DNA from: an uncultured bacterium
GTDB taxonomy: Bacteria > Methylomirabilota > Methylomirabilia > Rokubacteriales > DASRDR01
Reading direction: 5' to 3'
Length of the DNA stretch: 64,000 bases
Assembly (NCBI GenBank): GCA_964416315.1
Contig: CAYQDR010000004.1
Span: 17,147-81,146, forward strand
Both the position numbers and the translations under genes were made by a program. Each line of letters begins with the position of its first letter. Position 1 is the first letter of the stretch. The notes below the pieces were generated by a model that was given only the letters and a program-made list of their open reading frames with translations, had not been told where the DNA came from and made no database searches. Positions 40,469 to 51,453 of this stretch are shown piece by piece.

Positions 40469-41158
40469 TCATTCCACGCTCTCCTCGTGCTGGGGAGAGG
40501 GAGGAAGGACCGCCGCGATCCGCTGGCGGGCCAGCTCCACCATCAGCTCCGGCCGGGCCTTGCGGGCCGCCCCGCTCGGCAGGTCCTTCCCCGTGAGCGG
40601 CGGGTGGTAGGTGATCGTGACGCGGCCCGGCCGCGGCCATCGCCGGCCGACCGGCCAGACCTCGAAGGCGCCGGCGATCGTGACCGGGACGATCGGCGCA
40701 TCGGCGGCGAGCGCGAGCCGGAACGCGCCCGAGCGGAACGCCTGGAGCCGCCCGTCGACGGTGCGCCCGCCCTCGGGAAAGACCATCAGCGCCTCGCCGG
40801 ATTGGAGGAGCCGCAGCGCGCGCCGGACCGCCTGACTGTTGACCTCGTCCTCCCGGACGGGAAACGCGCGCGCCCACCGCATGAGCGCCCCGAGGACGGG
40901 GATCCGGAAGAACGGCTCCCACGCGATGTAGTAGAGCGGCCGGCGGATCGGCATCGTGACGAGGATCGGGTCCAGGTAGGAAACGTGGTTCGGGGCGAGG
41001 AGGACGGGCCCGGATCGGGGCACGTGCTCGGCGCCGTGAAAGCGGATCCGGAAGAGCAGGCGCGCCAGGAGCCACAGGATGGGGCGGCAGAGTCCGAGGA
41101 ACCAGGGCGGCGCGTAACGCACGGCGCCATGATGGCACGGGTCCGCGGGCGATGACAA
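40469..41158 (-). CDS. plsC: 1-acyl-sn-glycerol-3-phosphate acyltransferase
   Basis: NHVSYLDP (HX4D) and FPEGGRT motifs. The start may be internal GTG 41122, because TTG 41158 overlaps the divergent GDPD start. Confidence 0.75.
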   Translation of the reverse strand: MSSPADPCHHGAVRYAPPWFLGLCRPILWLLARLLFRIRFHGAEHVPRSGPVLLAPNHVSYLDPILVTMPIRRPLYYIAWEPFFRIPVLGALMRWARAFPVREDEVNSQAVRRALRLLQSGEALMVFPEGGRTVDGRLQAFRSGAFRLALAADAPIVPVTIAGAFEVWPVGRRWPRPGRVTITYHPPLTGKDLPSGAARKARPELMVELARQRIAAVLPPSPQHEESVE

Positions 41159-41922
41159 CGAGGGGCCGGGCGCGGCCGCTCCTCGTCGCGCACGGCGGCG
41201 CGTCCGCCGCGGCGCCCGAGCACACGATCCCGGCGTACGAGGCCGCGATCCGGGCGGGGGCGGACGCCCTCGAGCTCGACGTCCACCTCTCGGCCGACGA
41301 CCAGCTCGTCGTCATCCACGACACGACGCTCGACCGGACGACGAGCGGGCGCGGCCGGGTCCGCGCCCACACCCTGGCGGAGCTCAAGCGGCTCGACGCC
41401 GGCCGCTGGTTCGGCCGGGCCTTCCGCGGCCAGCGGCTCCAGACGCTCTCGGAGGTTCTCGAGCGCTTCCGGGATCGCGTCGTCTTCGCCGTCGCGCTCA
41501 GGGGCGGCTCCGAAGTCTATCCGGGGATCGAGGAGCGGCTCGTCGGGCTCCTCCAGATCTACGAGGTCACCGACCGGGCCCACGTGGTGTCGGACGACCA
41601 GCAGGCGCTCGCGCGCTGCCGGGCCCTCGACCGGGGCCTGCGCCTTGGCGCGCGCCTGCTCGGCCGCCCCCTCGCCCCACCCGCGATCGCGCCGCCCGGC
41701 GCCCTCGACGCCCTCTGGCTGCCGGCGGACCTCGTGAGCGAAGCCGACGTCGCGGCGTGCCGCGCGTCCGGCCTCGACTGCTACGTCTGGGTGGTGAGCG
41801 ACGGGGAGGCCGCCCGCCGGCTCCGCGGCTGGGGTGTCGGAGGCATCGTCACGGACCGGCCCGAGCTCCTGCGTCCGGCCCTCGAGGGCGCGGCGCCGTC
41901 CCCCGGGGGCGATTCGTGCTAG
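41152..41922 (+). CDS. ugpQ: glycerophosphodiester phosphodiesterase
   Basis: RPLLVAHGGAS...PEHT N-terminus, HDTTLDRTT. Confidence 0.8.
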   Translation: MTTRGRARPLLVAHGGASAAAPEHTIPAYEAAIRAGADALELDVHLSADDQLVVIHDTTLDRTTSGRGRVRAHTLAELKRLDAGRWFGRAFRGQRLQTLSEVLERFRDRVVFAVALRGGSEVYPGIEERLVGLLQIYEVTDRAHVVSDDQQALARCRALDRGLRLGARLLGRPLAPPAIAPPGALDALWLPADLVSEADVAACRASGLDCYVWVVSDGEAARRLRGWGVGGIVTDRPELLRPALEGAAPSPGGDSC

Positions 41923-41923
41923 G

Positions 41924-42241
41924 ATGGCCGCCGTGAAGGCGCGACACCTGGTCCCGGCGCTGCTCTTCTACGTCGCGCTCGACTTCGCCAATCCGATGAT
42001 GCCGGGCGCGGTCGCCCTCGACGACTCCATCGAGGGGACCCGCGTCCAGCGGATGCGGAGCGAGACGCCGGCGTCGCTGCCGGCGCCGGCTCCTGCCGTC
42101 CAGCGGATCGAGCCTGCCCTGCCCTCGCCGCCCGAGGCGAGCAGGACGGCGCGCGTGGCGCCGCGTCCGGAGCACCGCGCGCCCTGGCGCCGCGCCGTCG
42201 CGCCCGTCGCGGACCCCGCCCAGCCCACCGAAGACCACTAG
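41924..42241 (+). CDS. small hypothetical protein with N-terminal hydrophobic segment
   Basis: ATG 1 nt after the GDPD stop. GC3 above 85%. Confidence 0.4.
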   Translation: MAAVKARHLVPALLFYVALDFANPMMPGAVALDDSIEGTRVQRMRSETPASLPAPAPAVQRIEPALPSPPEASRTARVAPRPEHRAPWRRAVAPVADPAQPTEDH

Positions 42242-42329
42242 CCCCCTCTCCGCCGCCCCCGCGTGAGTCGCGCTGCCGCGCCGCGGCAGCCCGCTCGGTA
42301 CCCGCACAGCGACACGGGAGGCCAAAGCC

Positions 42330-42422
42330 ATGAGGGAAGGCTACGAAGGCATCTGGATCGCCCTGGGGATGGTCGGCACGCTCATGGTGATCATCGTGGT
42401 CTTGAAGCTGATCTTCGGATAG
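42330..42422 (+). CDS. 30-aa single-TM peptide (MREGYEGIWIALGMVGTLMVIIVVLKLIFG)
   Basis: SD GGGAGG 8 nt upstream of the ATG. GC3 27/30. Not in the ORF track because it is too short. Confidence 0.4.
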   Translation: MREGYEGIWIALGMVGTLMVIIVVLKLIFG

Positions 42423-42540
42423 GGAGGGCCGCGATGGAGCTTGGAGCTACGCGCTGGCGATGGTGACGACCCTGGTCGCCCCGCCGTGGCTGAAGGCCGT
42501 GTACCGGCGCCGGGGGTAGAGCCCGCGCGCCCGGCGGTCC

Positions 42541-44802
42541 TCAGCGCTCGCCGACGATGTAGTGCAGTCCGGCGAGCTTGAGGCGGATCGCGTCCGCCTG
42601 GCCTTTCCCGGCGGCCGGGTGCTCCATGGCCAGGCCGAGCGCCGTCTGGAGGTGGTCGATGGCCTCGCGGTTGGCCCCGACGGCGACCGCGCCGTCGGCC
42701 GCCGTCAGGAGGTAGGGCAGCGCCCGCTCCCGCCGGTCGCTCTGCGCCCAGTGATGGGCGAGCTGGTCGCAGACCTCCTCCGTCCGGCCGCGGTAGAGGC
42801 GCTCGAGCATCTCGGCGGACCGCCGGTGGCGGGCCTGACGCTCCGACTGGAGGAGGGCCCCGTAGACGACCTCCTGGGTCAGGACGTGGCGGAACGCGAG
42901 GCTCGCCACGGGCCCGCCGCTCTCGGCGTCGAGGAACCCGCGCCGCTCGACCTGGGCGAGGTCCTCCTCGAACCGATCGGCAGAGGCGAGCGCGCGCAGG
43001 TGCGCCAACGGGAAGCGCTTCCCGAGCACCGCGGCGTCGGCCAGCAGCTCACGCGTGGAGGCCGACAGCCGGTCCACGCGGGACGCGATCAGGGCGCTGA
43101 TCGTGGCGGGGACGACGCGGGCCGCCTCCTCGCGGAGCTCGTAGGTGCCGTGCTCCAGCAGGAGATCGCCCCGTTCCCGGAAGGCCCGCACCAGCTCCTC
43201 GACGAAGAACGGGTTCCCCTCCGATCGCGCCGCGACCACCCGGCGCAGGCGCTCGCTCGCCGGGTACGGGTCCACCTGCGCGTCCACGAGCGCGTAGATG
43301 TCCTCGGCGGAGAGCGCTTTCAGGAAGACCTCCCGCACCCGGCCCAATTCGAGCTTGCTGCCGGCGAGCGGCAGGCGGGAGGTCATGAGCAGCATGAGCG
43401 GGAGGTTCCGGGCCTCGAGGGCGAGGTGGCGGAGCAGATCTTCCGAGGACGGGTCCAGCCAGTGGAGGTCCTCAACGACGAGGAGCAGGGGCGCCCGCCG
43501 GCACTCGGCCCGGACCCAGGCCGTCACGGCCTCGCGGAGCCGGTCGCGCCGGTCGTCCGGCGCGCCGGTCGGCCGCTGCCCCACGGCCTCGCAGGTCGTC
43601 CCCAGGACGGAAAGGATCTCGGGGACGCAACCGGCCAGGTCGGGCGACAGATCCCAGAGCCGGCGGTGGAGCCGGTCCCGCGTGGCGGAAAGGTCGGCTT
43701 CGGGGGCAATCCCGGCGAGCTGCCGCAGGAGCTGACGGAAGACGAAGTACGCGGCGCCCCGCGCGTGCGAGAGCGCCGCGCCCTCGGCCCGTTCGGTGAT
43801 CCCGAGGCTCCGCTCGAACTCCCAGGCGAGGCGCGACTTGCCGATGCCCGGCTCCCCGGCAAGGCAGACGGCCTCGCCCTGCCCGCGAACCACGCGCTCC
43901 CAACACTCCCCGAGCGCGCGGAGCTCGGCCTCGCGCCCGCGGAAGGGCGAGACCCCCCGCCGCAGCGAGGCCTCGAGGCGCGAAACCACCGTCCCCTCCC
44001 CTTCCAATGCGTACGCCTCGACGGGCTCGGCCACCCCCCGCACGCGCATCGGGCCCAGCGGCCGGAAGCGGAAGTAGCCCTCCGCCAGGCGGTGAGCCGG
44101 CGCGGCCACGAGGATGGTCCCGGGGTCCGCCGCCTGCTGCATCCGCGCGGCGAGGTTCGTGGTCAGCCCCTGCGCCGTGTAGTCCATCCGGAGGTCGTCG
44201 CCGATCGCCCCCACGACGACCGGCCCGCTGTTGAGGCCCAGCCGCGCCTGGAGGGCGAGCCCCTTGTCGCGCCGGAGACCCGCGGCGTACTCTCCGAACC
44301 CCCGCTGGATCTCGAGCGCAGCATGCAGCGCGCGCCGGGCGTGGTCCTCATGGGCGATCGGCGCGCCGAAGAGCGCCATGATCCCGTCGCCCGTGAACTG
44401 GTTGACGGTCCCCTCCCAATGGTGGACGGCGTCCAGCATGAGCTGGAATGCCCCGTCCATCACCGCATGGAACTGCTCGGGATCGAGGGCGGCGGCGAGA
44501 TCCGTCGAGCCCTGGACGTCCACGAAGAGGACCGTGACCTCCTTCCGCTCGCCCCGCAGCGCCCGCCCCTCGGCGAGAATCCGCTCCGCGAGGTGGTGCG
44601 GCGTGTAGGAGACAGGGGCACGGTCGGCCGCGAGCGACCGGGACTGGGGGGCGCCGAGCGGCGCGCCGCAGCCGTCGCAGAAGCGGGCACCGGGACGGGC
44701 GCTCTGCCCGCACGAGGCACATCGCGCCTCCAGCGTCCGGCCGCACGCCTCGCAGAAGCGCGCGATCTCCCGGTTGGCGTGACCGCACGCCGGGCAGGTC
44801 AC
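42541..44802 (-). CDS. class III adenylyl/guanylyl cyclase with N-terminal double zinc ribbon and C-terminal AAA-ATPase plus TPR-like region
   Basis: CPACG..C..CG x2. VTVLFVDVQGST...FTGDGIMALFGAP. GEPGIGKSRL. Confidence 0.8.
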   Translation of the reverse strand: MTCPACGHANREIARFCEACGRTLEARCASCGQSARPGARFCDGCGAPLGAPQSRSLAADRAPVSYTPHHLAERILAEGRALRGERKEVTVLFVDVQGSTDLAAALDPEQFHAVMDGAFQLMLDAVHHWEGTVNQFTGDGIMALFGAPIAHEDHARRALHAALEIQRGFGEYAAGLRRDKGLALQARLGLNSGPVVVGAIGDDLRMDYTAQGLTTNLAARMQQAADPGTILVAAPAHRLAEGYFRFRPLGPMRVRGVAEPVEAYALEGEGTVVSRLEASLRRGVSPFRGREAELRALGECWERVVRGQGEAVCLAGEPGIGKSRLAWEFERSLGITERAEGAALSHARGAAYFVFRQLLRQLAGIAPEADLSATRDRLHRRLWDLSPDLAGCVPEILSVLGTTCEAVGQRPTGAPDDRRDRLREAVTAWVRAECRRAPLLLVVEDLHWLDPSSEDLLRHLALEARNLPLMLLMTSRLPLAGSKLELGRVREVFLKALSAEDIYALVDAQVDPYPASERLRRVVAARSEGNPFFVEELVRAFRERGDLLLEHGTYELREEAARVVPATISALIASRVDRLSASTRELLADAAVLGKRFPLAHLRALASADRFEEDLAQVERRGFLDAESGGPVASLAFRHVLTQEVVYGALLQSERQARHRRSAEMLERLYRGRTEEVCDQLAHHWAQSDRRERALPYLLTAADGAVAVGANREAIDHLQTALGLAMEHPAAGKGQADAIRLKLAGLHYIVGER

Positions 44803-44814
44803 GGGTCGCGCCGC

Positions 44815-45354
44815 CTACTCCTCTGCAAGCGCCGCGTTCGCCGACTGGGTGAAGACCATGTTCATCACCCAGTAAGCCGAAAAGGCGATGATCTCCTGTA
44901 TCTCGCCCTTCGAGAAGTCGTGCGCGGCCATTTCCTTGAAGTCTTTCGGGGTGAGGTCGGCGGAGCCAGTGGCGATCTTGAGGGCGTAGTGCACAAACAG
45001 CCGGTCTCGCTCCTTGAGCGGCAGCGCTTCGGGGTTGGCGCAGAACCCGTCGAGCGTCGCCTCGTCGTACCCGAGCTTCTCCAAGCTCACGCGGGAGGCG
45101 GTGAAGCAACCGCGACACCGCTTGGCGTGCGCGATCAGCATGACGGCGACGCTCATCGCCGCCCACGAGAATCGACCCTCGTGGGACAGGTTGAGATACG
45201 CCTTGAACCTGGCTTCGATGATCTTGGGATTTCGACCGTACGCAAGCCAGGTGGCCGGGACCGCGTCCTTTCCGGTGATCCGGCGGTACTCCTCGAGGGT
45301 CTGCCGGGTCTCCGGGGACAACTCGGCGTCGGACGGAACGTCGAAGAACGCCAT
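44815..45354 (-). CDS. carboxymuconolactone decarboxylase/AhpD-like family protein
   Basis: 179 aa. AhpD-core-like with CxxC (CRGC). Confidence 0.65.
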   Translation of the reverse strand: MAFFDVPSDAELSPETRQTLEEYRRITGKDAVPATWLAYGRNPKIIEARFKAYLNLSHEGRFSWAAMSVAVMLIAHAKRCRGCFTASRVSLEKLGYDEATLDGFCANPEALPLKERDRLFVHYALKIATGSADLTPKDFKEMAAHDFSKGEIQEIIAFSAYWVMNMVFTQSANAALAEE

Positions 45355-45418
45355 GGCACCCCCTCCTCAGGCCGAACCTAGCACGGCGCCTGGGAAAGCG
45401 GCAATACCGGGACGCCAC

Positions 45419-46446
45419 CTACGACGGGGTGGTCAGCTCCCAGGCCAGGGCGGCGGCGCCGAGGATCCCCGCGTCGTCCACGCGCTCGGCCGGGACGATC
45501 CGACAGGTTTCGAACAGCGTCGGGATCGCGTGGTCGCGCGCGGCGCGGCGGATCGCGCGGAAGAGCGGCACGCCGGCCTTGGCGATCTGCCCGCCGATCG
45601 CCACGACCTCGGGGTTGAACGTGTTGATGAGGCCGCCGACGGCGACCCCCACGTACGTTCCCGTCTCGTCCCAGACCTCGAGGGCCGCTTCATCGCCCGC
45701 GGCCGCGGCCTCGGCGACGAGCCGCGGCGTGAGGCGCCCCGGCTCGCCGGCGCACAGCTCGTGCAGGCGGCCTCCGGCGCGGCGGAGCAGCTTCCCCCGG
45801 GCCCGCGCCACGATGGCATCCCGGTTGGCGAAGGCCTCCAGGCACCCGCTCGCCCCGCAGCCACAGCGCGGGCCGCCTGCCAGCACGACGAGGTGCCCCA
45901 GCTCCGCGCCGCCGCCGGTGGCGCCGACGAGGAGCACCCCGCGTTCCCACGTCGCGCTCCCCTGGACCTGGGCGCGCGTCAGGACCACGCCGCCGCCGAT
46001 CCCGGTGCCCAGCGTGAGCAGGACGAGCCCCTGCGCGCGGCCGCCGCCGCTCCCGAAGCGGTACTCCGCGAGCGCGGCGAGGTTGGCGTCGTTCCCCATG
46101 TACACGGGGCAGCCGAGGGCGCGCGCGACCGCGGGCACCAGCGGGACGTCGCGCCAGGGCGCGAACACACCGCCGCGCGTCTCCCCGAGGTTCGCGGTCC
46201 AGCGGACGACGCCCGCTTGCCCGTCCACGTGCCCGGGCACGGCCATGCCGACGGCGCGCAGCCGGTCCGGCGCGCCCCCCACGCGCGTGGTCGCCTCGCG
46301 GACGGTGCGCACGATCGCCGCCACGGTGCGCTCGACGCCGGCGGTGGCCTCGGAGGGATGCTGGACGGGCTCGGCGAGGAGCGCGCCGTCCTCGCCCACG
46401 GCGGCGGCGCGGACGTTCGTCCCCCCGAGGTCCACGCCGAGGATCA
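45419..46446 (-). CDS. glk: ROK-family glucokinase
   Basis: GTG start. ILGVDLGGTNVR. CGCGxxGC zinc motif. The track ORF (896 aa) extends spuriously upstream. Confidence 0.8.
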
Positions 46447-47121
46447 CGGGCCCGCCTCGGCGAGGAGCGCCTGCACGTCCGCGCGCAGCCGGCCCGGTGC
46501 GCCGGCGAGGTAGCGGCCCCGGATCTCCCCGGCGTGGTCGATCAGCACGGCCGTGCACCCGTGGGTGACACGCCCCTGCTTGCGCCGGACGTCCGCGCCA
46601 TACCAGCGCGCGACCGCGGCCAGCTCCGCCGTCGTTCCCGTGAGGAGGACCCACGCGGCCGGGTCCAGCCCCCGCTCCCGCGCGAAGCGCCGGAGGGTCT
46701 CGACGGTGTCGCGACCGGGATCGACCGTGATCGCGAGGAAGACGACCCGGCGGCCGGCCGCATCCCCGAGTCCCCGCTCGACCGCGAGGAGGCCCGGGAG
46801 GAGCCCCGGGCAGGTCTCGCACGTCGTGCAGGTGAAGGTCAGGACGACGAGCCGCCCGCGCAACTGGCTGAGCCAGAGGCGGTCGTTCTGCTGCGTGGTG
46901 AGCGCGAAATTCCGGGCGGGTCCGAACCGCGGCAGTCCGGCCGCGGCCGGCGCCGCGCGCGCGATCAGCAGGACGAGCGCGACTGTGACGGCCGCGAGCC
47001 CGAGAGCGCCGCGCGCGAACACGGCAGACGCGCCGCGGCGCCGCCGACCGCCGGCGTCCACCCGCGCTAGCGGGCCGCCCCAGTAAACGAGGCACAAGGC
47101 GGTGACAAACCGCCAACGCAA
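46444..47121 (-). CDS. SCO1/SenC-family thioredoxin-like copper chaperone
   Basis: CTTCETCP motif. Start uncertain (TTG 47121 or GTG 47022). Confidence 0.65.
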   Translation of the reverse strand: MRWRFVTALCLVYWGGPLARVDAGGRRRRGASAVFARGALGLAAVTVALVLLIARAAPAAAGLPRFGPARNFALTTQQNDRLWLSQLRGRLVVLTFTCTTCETCPGLLPGLLAVERGLGDAAGRRVVFLAITVDPGRDTVETLRRFARERGLDPAAWVLLTGTTAELAAVARWYGADVRRKQGRVTHGCTAVLIDHAGEIRGRYLAGAPGRLRADVQALLAEAGP

Positions 47122-47208
47122 GAGTGTTCCACTCCGAGCGGCGGCTTTTCCGCCGCTCCTCTCTTGGGGGAGGTCTCGGAGGGGGCCGTCGAGGCCCCCT
47201 CCGATGCT

Positions 47209-48660
<1,452 letters not shown>

Positions 48661-48786
48661 GGGGTGGCCCTCCACGGTGGGCGGCCGGCGGTTTACTGCG
48701 CGCGTCCGGACGCGCCTATTCTACCCCAGCCGCCGCCCCGCGGCGCGGCGGGCGTATAATCAGCCCCGCCGAGAGGCGGAGTCGTC

Positions 48787-49200
48787 ATGCGCGATCACGC
48801 GTTCGCATCATGGCTCGGCACGGTCACGGTGGCCCTGGGGCTGGCCGCCGTCGCCCACGGGCAGGTCCCGACCGGCCTGATCCCGATCGGCCGGCCGCGC
48901 GTGCAGGAGGGGCTCCGGGTCACGGCGGCGTACATGGTCGGGGCGGCCCCGCTCGAGCCGGCCGCTCGGCCCGCCGCTCGGCCCGTAGAGGGCACGCTCA
49001 CGATCCACCTCGAGGTCGAGGTGGAGGCCGTGCATGACAACCCCTACGGCCTCGGAGCGCTTCGATCCGCACGCGCGGATGGGCAAGGGCGCGCGGCAGT
49101 TTTTCAGGGCTTCCGCCAAACCTCCTCCGTGACGACGCCGCGCGACTTGACAGCGCCCGACCCCGCGCGTACGCTCGGCGCTGAAATTCCGCGACGTTAG
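48787..49200 (+). CDS. hypothetical signal-peptide protein (coding signal decays after about 85 codons)
   Basis: High GC3 only in the 5' two-thirds. The 3' part overlaps the downstream promoter. Confidence 0.25.
   Translation: MRDHAFASWLGTVTVALGLAAVAHGQVPTGLIPIGRPRVQEGLRVTAAYMVGAAPLEPAARPAARPVEGTLTIHLEVEVEAVHDNPYGLGALRSARADGQGRAAVFQGFRQTSSVTTPRDLTAPDPARTLGAEIPRR
49146..49180 (+). promoter_or_regulatory. sigma70-like promoter TTGACA-17-TACGCT
   Basis: Upstream of the DUF169/URO-D gene, followed by the SD AAGGAGA. Confidence 0.4.
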
Positions 49201-49239
49201 CGGGTCTCGGGCGCCTCCACCCGACCCCAAGGAGACACG

Positions 49240-51087
49240 ATGGTGGATCCCAAGACGGCCGACCAGGCCCTGCAGACGTACGTCCGGCCGCAGACGTTCC
49301 CCGTGGCCATCCGGATGCTCCGCGCGGACGAGCCGATCCCCGAGCGGGCCAAGCGGCCCGCACGCGACTTCGGCAAGCTCTCGATGAACTGCCAGGTCAT
49401 CGACATGGCGCGGCGCTACGGCTGGATGATCGCGCTGACGCGCGACGACCACATCTGCTCGCTCGGCATCACGGCGTTCGGCTTCGACCGGCCGACGCAC
49501 CTGTACGCCTCGGGGACGCTCTGCGAGGGCATGTACACGGAGACCCGGGAGGCGGGGGCGCGCTCGGAAGCCGCGGTGGACAAGTTCGCCCCGGGCGAGT
49601 ACGCGTGTCTCCTCGTCTGCCCGCTCGACCGCTGCACGTTCGAGCCCCACCTCGTCGTCGTCTACGCGAACCCGGCCCAGGTGATGCGGCTCACGCAGGC
49701 GGCGCTCTGGAAGCGCGGCGGGCGGCTCACCTCCTCGTTCCAGGGCCGGATCGTGTGCGCGGACATCGTCGTCACGACCATGCAGACGGGCGAGCCCCAG
49801 GTGATCCTCCCGTGCTCCGGCGACCGGATCTTCGGCCAGACCCAGGACCACGAGATGGCGTTCACGATCCCCTGGGGGAAGATGGGCGAGATCATCGAGG
49901 GGCTCGAGGGGACACACAAGGGCGGGATCCGCTATCCCATCACCCAGTTCCTCGAGTACGAGGCGAAGCTCCCCCCGCGCTACATGGAGGTCAACCGGCT
50001 CTGGGACGTCGAGAAGGGGAAGGCGCACTACACCGGGCGCGACCGGGTGGTGGCCGCGTACAAGCGCTCGTACGCCGACCGCGTGCCCGTGTACCCGATC
50101 GTGGCCTCGTTCGCCGGGACGCTCGACGGCCTCTCGATCGAGGAGTTCTGCACGACGCCGTCGAAGGCGGTCAAGGCGATGCTGAACTACGCCGAGCGCT
50201 ACCAGCCCGACGTCGTGCTCGCCTACAACGACCTCGCCAAGGAGGCCGAGGCTACGGGGTGCAAGGTCAAGTACTCCGACTACGTCGTCCCCTCGATCGA
50301 GACCCACGTCCTCCAGGAGGATAAGGGGCGACTCGCCAAGCTCGAGATCCCGGACCCCGCGAAGGACGGCCGGCTGCCGGCGTTCCTCGAGGTCTGCGAG
50401 GGGCTGATGGCGGCGAAGCTCCCGATGGCGACCGGCGCCGTGGCCGTGGGCCCGTGGACGATCGCCATGCTCATGCGCAACCCCGAGGTCATGCTGCTCG
50501 AGACCTTCGAGGACCCGGGATTCATCCACGAGCTGATGCGCTTCACGACCGAGTTCTGCAAGCGCTGGGGCGACGCGATCGTGAAGACCAAGATCGGGCT
50601 CAGCTTCTCCGAACCCACCGCCTCGATCAGCCTCATCTCGCCCGACAACTACCGGGAGTTCATCGCCCCCTACCACAAGGAGCTGGTCGAGTACTTCAAG
50701 GCGAAGAAGGTCGGGCTCACGACCCACATCTGCGGGACGACCTACCCGATCTACGAGGACCTGATCCAGTGCGGCTTCACGACCGTCTCCTTCGATCTCG
50801 ACCAGCAGGCCGACCCGAAGCTCAGGGTGGACCAGCTCGCGCGCTTCATGGACGTGGCGAAGAAGCGCGTGGTCGCCATCGGAAACGTGGACGCCACGCT
50901 CTTCGAGCGCGCCACACAGGCCGAGATCGAGGCCGAGGTGCGCCGCTGCGTGGACGCGGCCGCGCGCCACTCCGCCTGGATCCTCTCCACCTCCTGCGAG
51001 ATCCCGCCGCGCTCCAAGCCCGAGATCGTCCAGTGGTTCATGGACGCGGCGCGGGAGTACGGCCGCTACGAGCGCTTCATGAGCTGA
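49240..51087 (+). CDS. fusion protein: N-terminal DUF169 (COG2043) plus C-terminal URO-D-family (MtaA/CmuA-like) methyltransferase/decarboxylase domain
   Basis: DUF169 Cys pattern (NCQ...DHICSLG...C.DIV..TMQTG..QVILPCSGDR). URO-D-like C-terminal region. Confidence 0.7.
   Translation: MVDPKTADQALQTYVRPQTFPVAIRMLRADEPIPERAKRPARDFGKLSMNCQVIDMARRYGWMIALTRDDHICSLGITAFGFDRPTHLYASGTLCEGMYTETREAGARSEAAVDKFAPGEYACLLVCPLDRCTFEPHLVVVYANPAQVMRLTQAALWKRGGRLTSSFQGRIVCADIVVTTMQTGEPQVILPCSGDRIFGQTQDHEMAFTIPWGKMGEIIEGLEGTHKGGIRYPITQFLEYEAKLPPRYMEVNRLWDVEKGKAHYTGRDRVVAAYKRSYADRVPVYPIVASFAGTLDGLSIEEFCTTPSKAVKAMLNYAERYQPDVVLAYNDLAKEAEATGCKVKYSDYVVPSIETHVLQEDKGRLAKLEIPDPAKDGRLPAFLEVCEGLMAAKLPMATGAVAVGPWTIAMLMRNPEVMLLETFEDPGFIHELMRFTTEFCKRWGDAIVKTKIGLSFSEPTASISLISPDNYREFIAPYHKELVEYFKAKKVGLTTHICGTTYPIYEDLIQCGFTTVSFDLDQQADPKLRVDQLARFMDVAKKRVVAIGNVDATLFERATQAEIEAEVRRCVDAAARHSAWILSTSCEIPPRSKPEIVQWFMDAAREYGRYERFMS
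50858..51087 (+). repeat. 230-bp direct repeat, copy 1 (native 3' end of the DUF169/URO-D gene)
   Basis: 100% identical to 58797..59014. The last ~12 bp diverge. Confidence 0.9.
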
Positions 51088-51453
51088 CGGACCGGCGCCG
51101 CCCGGTGCGCTGCGTCTCTCCCACGCGACGCACGGCACGTGCCGGAACGGTGGGACAGGATCGAGATCGTCCGGAAAGGAGGTGGCAGCTTGAAGTGGAT
51201 CGTGGCCGATCCGGCCCCTCCTCGTGGAGCACGGCGGCGACCTGGGCGGGGTTCAGCCCCTCGAGGACGGGGGCGGCGGATCGGCAGGGTCGGGCGCGCG
51301 GCGGGCCCCCGGGGGTCGACGGCCATCGCCCGGATCACAGCCCCGCCGCGGAGCGCACAACCGGCCCCGTGCGCCTGGAGCCGTCGCGCCCCACGCGCCG
51401 AGAGCGGGGCAGCGGGTGTAGCGTGGGGCCGTGCCGTGATGCGGCGCGCTGAC

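Noticed and set aside
40481-40499. inverted repeat CTCTCC-N7-GGGAGAG near the plsC 3' end, considered as a terminator
   Set aside because: It lies inside the plsC coding sequence (the stop is at 40469).
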